Origin: a virus
DNA length: 64,000 bases
Virus record (IMG/VR): IMGVR_UViG_3300045836_000083
Location: 62-64,061 of that record
Strand: one strand, 5' to 3'
Numbering within the stretch: position 1 is the first letter of the stretch; each line of letters opens with the position of its first letter. The position numbers and the translations under genes are program-made. Below the pieces are notes generated by a model, which worked only from the letters and a program-made list of their open reading frames with translations, had not been told where the DNA came from and ran no database searches. Positions 60,924-64,000 of this stretch are shown here, in pieces.

Positions 60924-63921
60924 TTATTCAGGTGAATAATAAGAGCAAACTATATCATCCGTTTGCTTATCTACAACCAATACTAGATTGCTTTCCCGGC
61001 ATCTTACCCAATATAGCTTATGGTCGTATTTATGTGCTTTTAAATCGGACATTTTAGGGCATTCGAGGTAATGTTTTCGAGTGCAGGAACCAAAGAGCAA
61101 AGCCAATGTTATAATCAAGACAAGCACAAAAAAGAATCCGTGTATGTTTTGCCGTCTGGAATAGTGTGGGCCTTCGTAATAGGCTTTAGGGGTTTGCTTT
61201 TTCATTTTCTCTTTCTTTTGCGTTTGGTTAATTTATATTCTCGCATTAAGGAGTGAATAAAGTCGTTTTGGGTTACTAAGTTTTCGTGTGGCATTCGTTT
61301 ATTAGTACCGGCCCAATTGTGTTCCTGTCTATCCCAGCGCCTTATTTCAGAGATAAACGTTTGCCACTCGTTCATATTTCGTTTCATAAATTAATTTTAC
61401 ACCATTTGATAATTAACTCGGAATCCTTTTTATTGAGATAAAGCACATAATGTAAATACCTGCCTTCTTTATTGCTTCTCCATTTGGCTTCGACCAGGTT
61501 AATTAATTGACCATAAGAGTGGAGAAGTTTGTAAAAAATAGTTTCATTGTCACATTGAATAATAGCAGTATCATTTACATAGCTAATTGTAGTTTCATCT
61601 GCTATTTTTACGGGAGTAGGTTGGGCATTTGCTTTTAACCAGAACGCGCCCACCAACGAAAGAACCAAAAAGATAATGATTGCTTTTTTCATGTTTGTTA
61701 ATAAAAGGTTATAAATTGTTTTAATTGCTGAATTACAAGTGATTTATAAGCTATTATTAAGCAGATAATACCGGTTAACATAACTATCGCTGATATTGCC
61801 GCCCACCAACTAAAGTAAATGGGCAAGGTCTATGGAACATTGCGTGTAATAAGCCATATACAACCAACATACGCCCATATAATAAAACTGGCACTGGAAA
61901 GCGAGATTAATAACCAAGATATACGTTTCATCGGTAATAAGTTTTAAAAGGTTAAATAAAAAGACTTTGAATTAATAAGAACCAATTGCCCACCTACTAC
62001 AGCCCACACATTAAAGGTGGAGTGTGAATAACGACTACTAATAGTACCATCTAGGTTGAATGTTATTCTGTACTGTAGTTGGTCTTTTAGGGTTGATATG
62101 ATAGTTGCGTGGTTCATAGCCCTTTAGTTATAGTATTTAATAGCTTCATAAATAGTTTCAAATGCTTCAAAGTCAGGGATATAAAGGGCCATACCACCGG
62201 AATAGCCCAGTAAAACGGTTTGATCAATTAATTCAGGCATGATTAAGAGGTTTATTAACGTGAAAACGAAATACCTAATGCTAATAATGCTTTCTCTCCG
62301 CGAAGTATTGCACAAGATAAATGAGTACCACTAGTATAATCGCATTCAACCAATTCCTTTAAAGCTAAAAGAGCTTCTTTGTATTGTCCTTTTTGCCATT
62401 CAGCGCCATCTTTAAAAGCTACTTCTACTATTCGTTCACAGTTTACACCAGAGTTTCGAAGTGCATAATCAGCGGCATATTGAAAAATATCTGACATATA
62501 ATATATTAATAAAACTTTGAGATAATCTCGTTAGTCAAATCACTATCGTATTCTGGCTCATAAGGGTCACTAATTGCGTAAAGAGTAAGACGGCACATTA
62601 ACGCATTTAATTTCGGGTCATTTAATTCCGCAGCACGCGAAGCCACTTCCTCCAACATGCCCGCAAATATCTGTAAGGGCCTTTTCAAAATGCCCGTACC
62701 GGGATTGTTAAGGATTTCTTGTAATAATCCTGGAGTATGGCAACGCCATTCAAGATTTCTACCAGGTACAAGAATTTCTTTATTTTTTATAGTTGGCATA
62801 AAACAAGTTTAAGATTCTAAATATAATTCACCATCCACAGGGCTAAACTTATCAGAAGTAGCCGTTACGGTACTCTCTTTTAGTTGAACTGTTAAAATAG
62901 CTACTATTGCAGGGTTACTAGTACCATTAGGCCCCAATTCGATAGCCCTTAAAGTACCAATACGGCCATCGTCATATTGTAGTTTATCTCCGACTCTTAT
63001 CCGTATGCCGACAGTGCGTTGTTTAGCAATATATTCGCGTAACATAATATTGGTATTAAATGATTGAAAAATAGCCAGTTATTACCGATACTGGCAAACG
63101 GCCTGATGATCGCCTTGGTCGTGCCTGGAAAAAACTAGTTCAAAACCCAAATAATATTTGAAAAAAGTTAAGTTTTTTTGCTATCAATAAGCCCGTATAA
63201 ACATTAGCCGGAGTTCCAGAAAGGGAAGGATAGTTAGTTATTGCATATCCTTCGGGCAGACTTTCAATGGCATACAGCGTGTTTTCACAAAAACTTTTAT
63301 AGCTTTCTGCTTCAATGATAAGAACAACATATTTAGGTTTAGTTTTCATTAAGTCTAGTTTATGTTATTAGTTAGTTTCCGGCAATTTCATTCCATACTA
63401 CTTCCAATTCAGCTATTTCTAAGGCAGATAATTCATATTCCTCATCGGCAGGCGCATTGTAAATGCACACACATTCGTTGTCTTGTCTTTCTTTAAAGGC
63501 TGCAAAACTGGCCTCATCAACGGAATCAAAATAACCAATCAATCGCTCAGACAATACATTGTCATTTAAATCTAAAATCGCACAAGTAGCCTTAATTTGT
63601 TGATTATCAGAAATGAACTTTGACATAAATAGTTAGTATTAAAGGGGTGAATAATTAGTTGATATAATGATATCTAGCCGCATGCTTGAGCAGGCATACT
63701 TGTTCCGCTAATGTTTTATAGCATTTACCAAATTCATCTTTGCGTGTCCAACCAACGCGATTGGCGGCCATATCCCATTTGGCTAAGGGTAAGGTATTAA
63801 GGTGGTCGTCGCCGTTGTTAAGAGCTTGTTTAACTTGCTCTTTTGTGAACGGTATATAATTTACGACTTCTGGTTTAGCCTTGAATAACGTTTCATATTT
63901 ATCAAAGTGTGAGTTAGACAT
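60924..63921 (-). CDS. Leftward small early genes (60924, 61202, 61384 with signal peptide, 61944..62117, 62124, 62255, 62506, 62809, 63140, 63372, 63655)
   Basis: From the ORF track, plus the hand-translated 57-aa ORF 61944..62117 (MNHATIIST...FYLTF). 61384..61692 starts MKKAIIIFLVLSLVGAFWLKANA|Q. Confidence 0.7.
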
Positions 63922-64000
63922 ATAGTTATAGTTTTAAAGGTTAATTACTTAATATTAACGAGCGTAAGAAAGGTTATTAAAGCCAGTAAAGTAAACCAGA

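Overview
The whole window is AT-rich dsDNA phage sequence. No host chromosomal genes and no integrase are visible, and it may be most of a genome. The host is most likely a Bacteroidota species, judged from TAnnTTTG -7 promoter elements, A-rich leaders without Shine-Dalgarno sites, and ...NA|Q signal peptides. Layout: (1) 1-19.2 kb holds recA, many small early/middle ORFs, a divergent regulator pair, two YopX genes, a C5 cytosine methyltransferase with a nested second ORF, a Fis-like HTH, an initiator plus DnaC-like ATPase, and a DEDD exonuclease. (2) 19.2-25 kb is a glycosyltransferase/methyltransferase cluster. (3) 25.6-56.3 kb is a podovirus morphogenesis module resembling crAss-like phages: terminase, 813-aa portal, scaffold, MCP, ring/nozzle proteins, GroES, three ejection-type proteins and a 1409-aa fibre. 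(4) 56.3-59 kb is a lysis cassette. (5) 59.3-64 kb holds leftward early genes. The strongest oddities are a tail fibre that begins with a Sec-type signal peptide and is rich in Bacteroidota O-glycosylation sequons, a two-stem pseudoknot-ordered RNA element ahead of the spanin-like gene, a two-polypeptide overlapping-frame methyltransferase, a histidine-phosphatase domain inside the giant ejection protein, and a 14-bp palindrome repeated at four intergenic late-region sites. All family assignments come from motifs read by eye; no searches were run.
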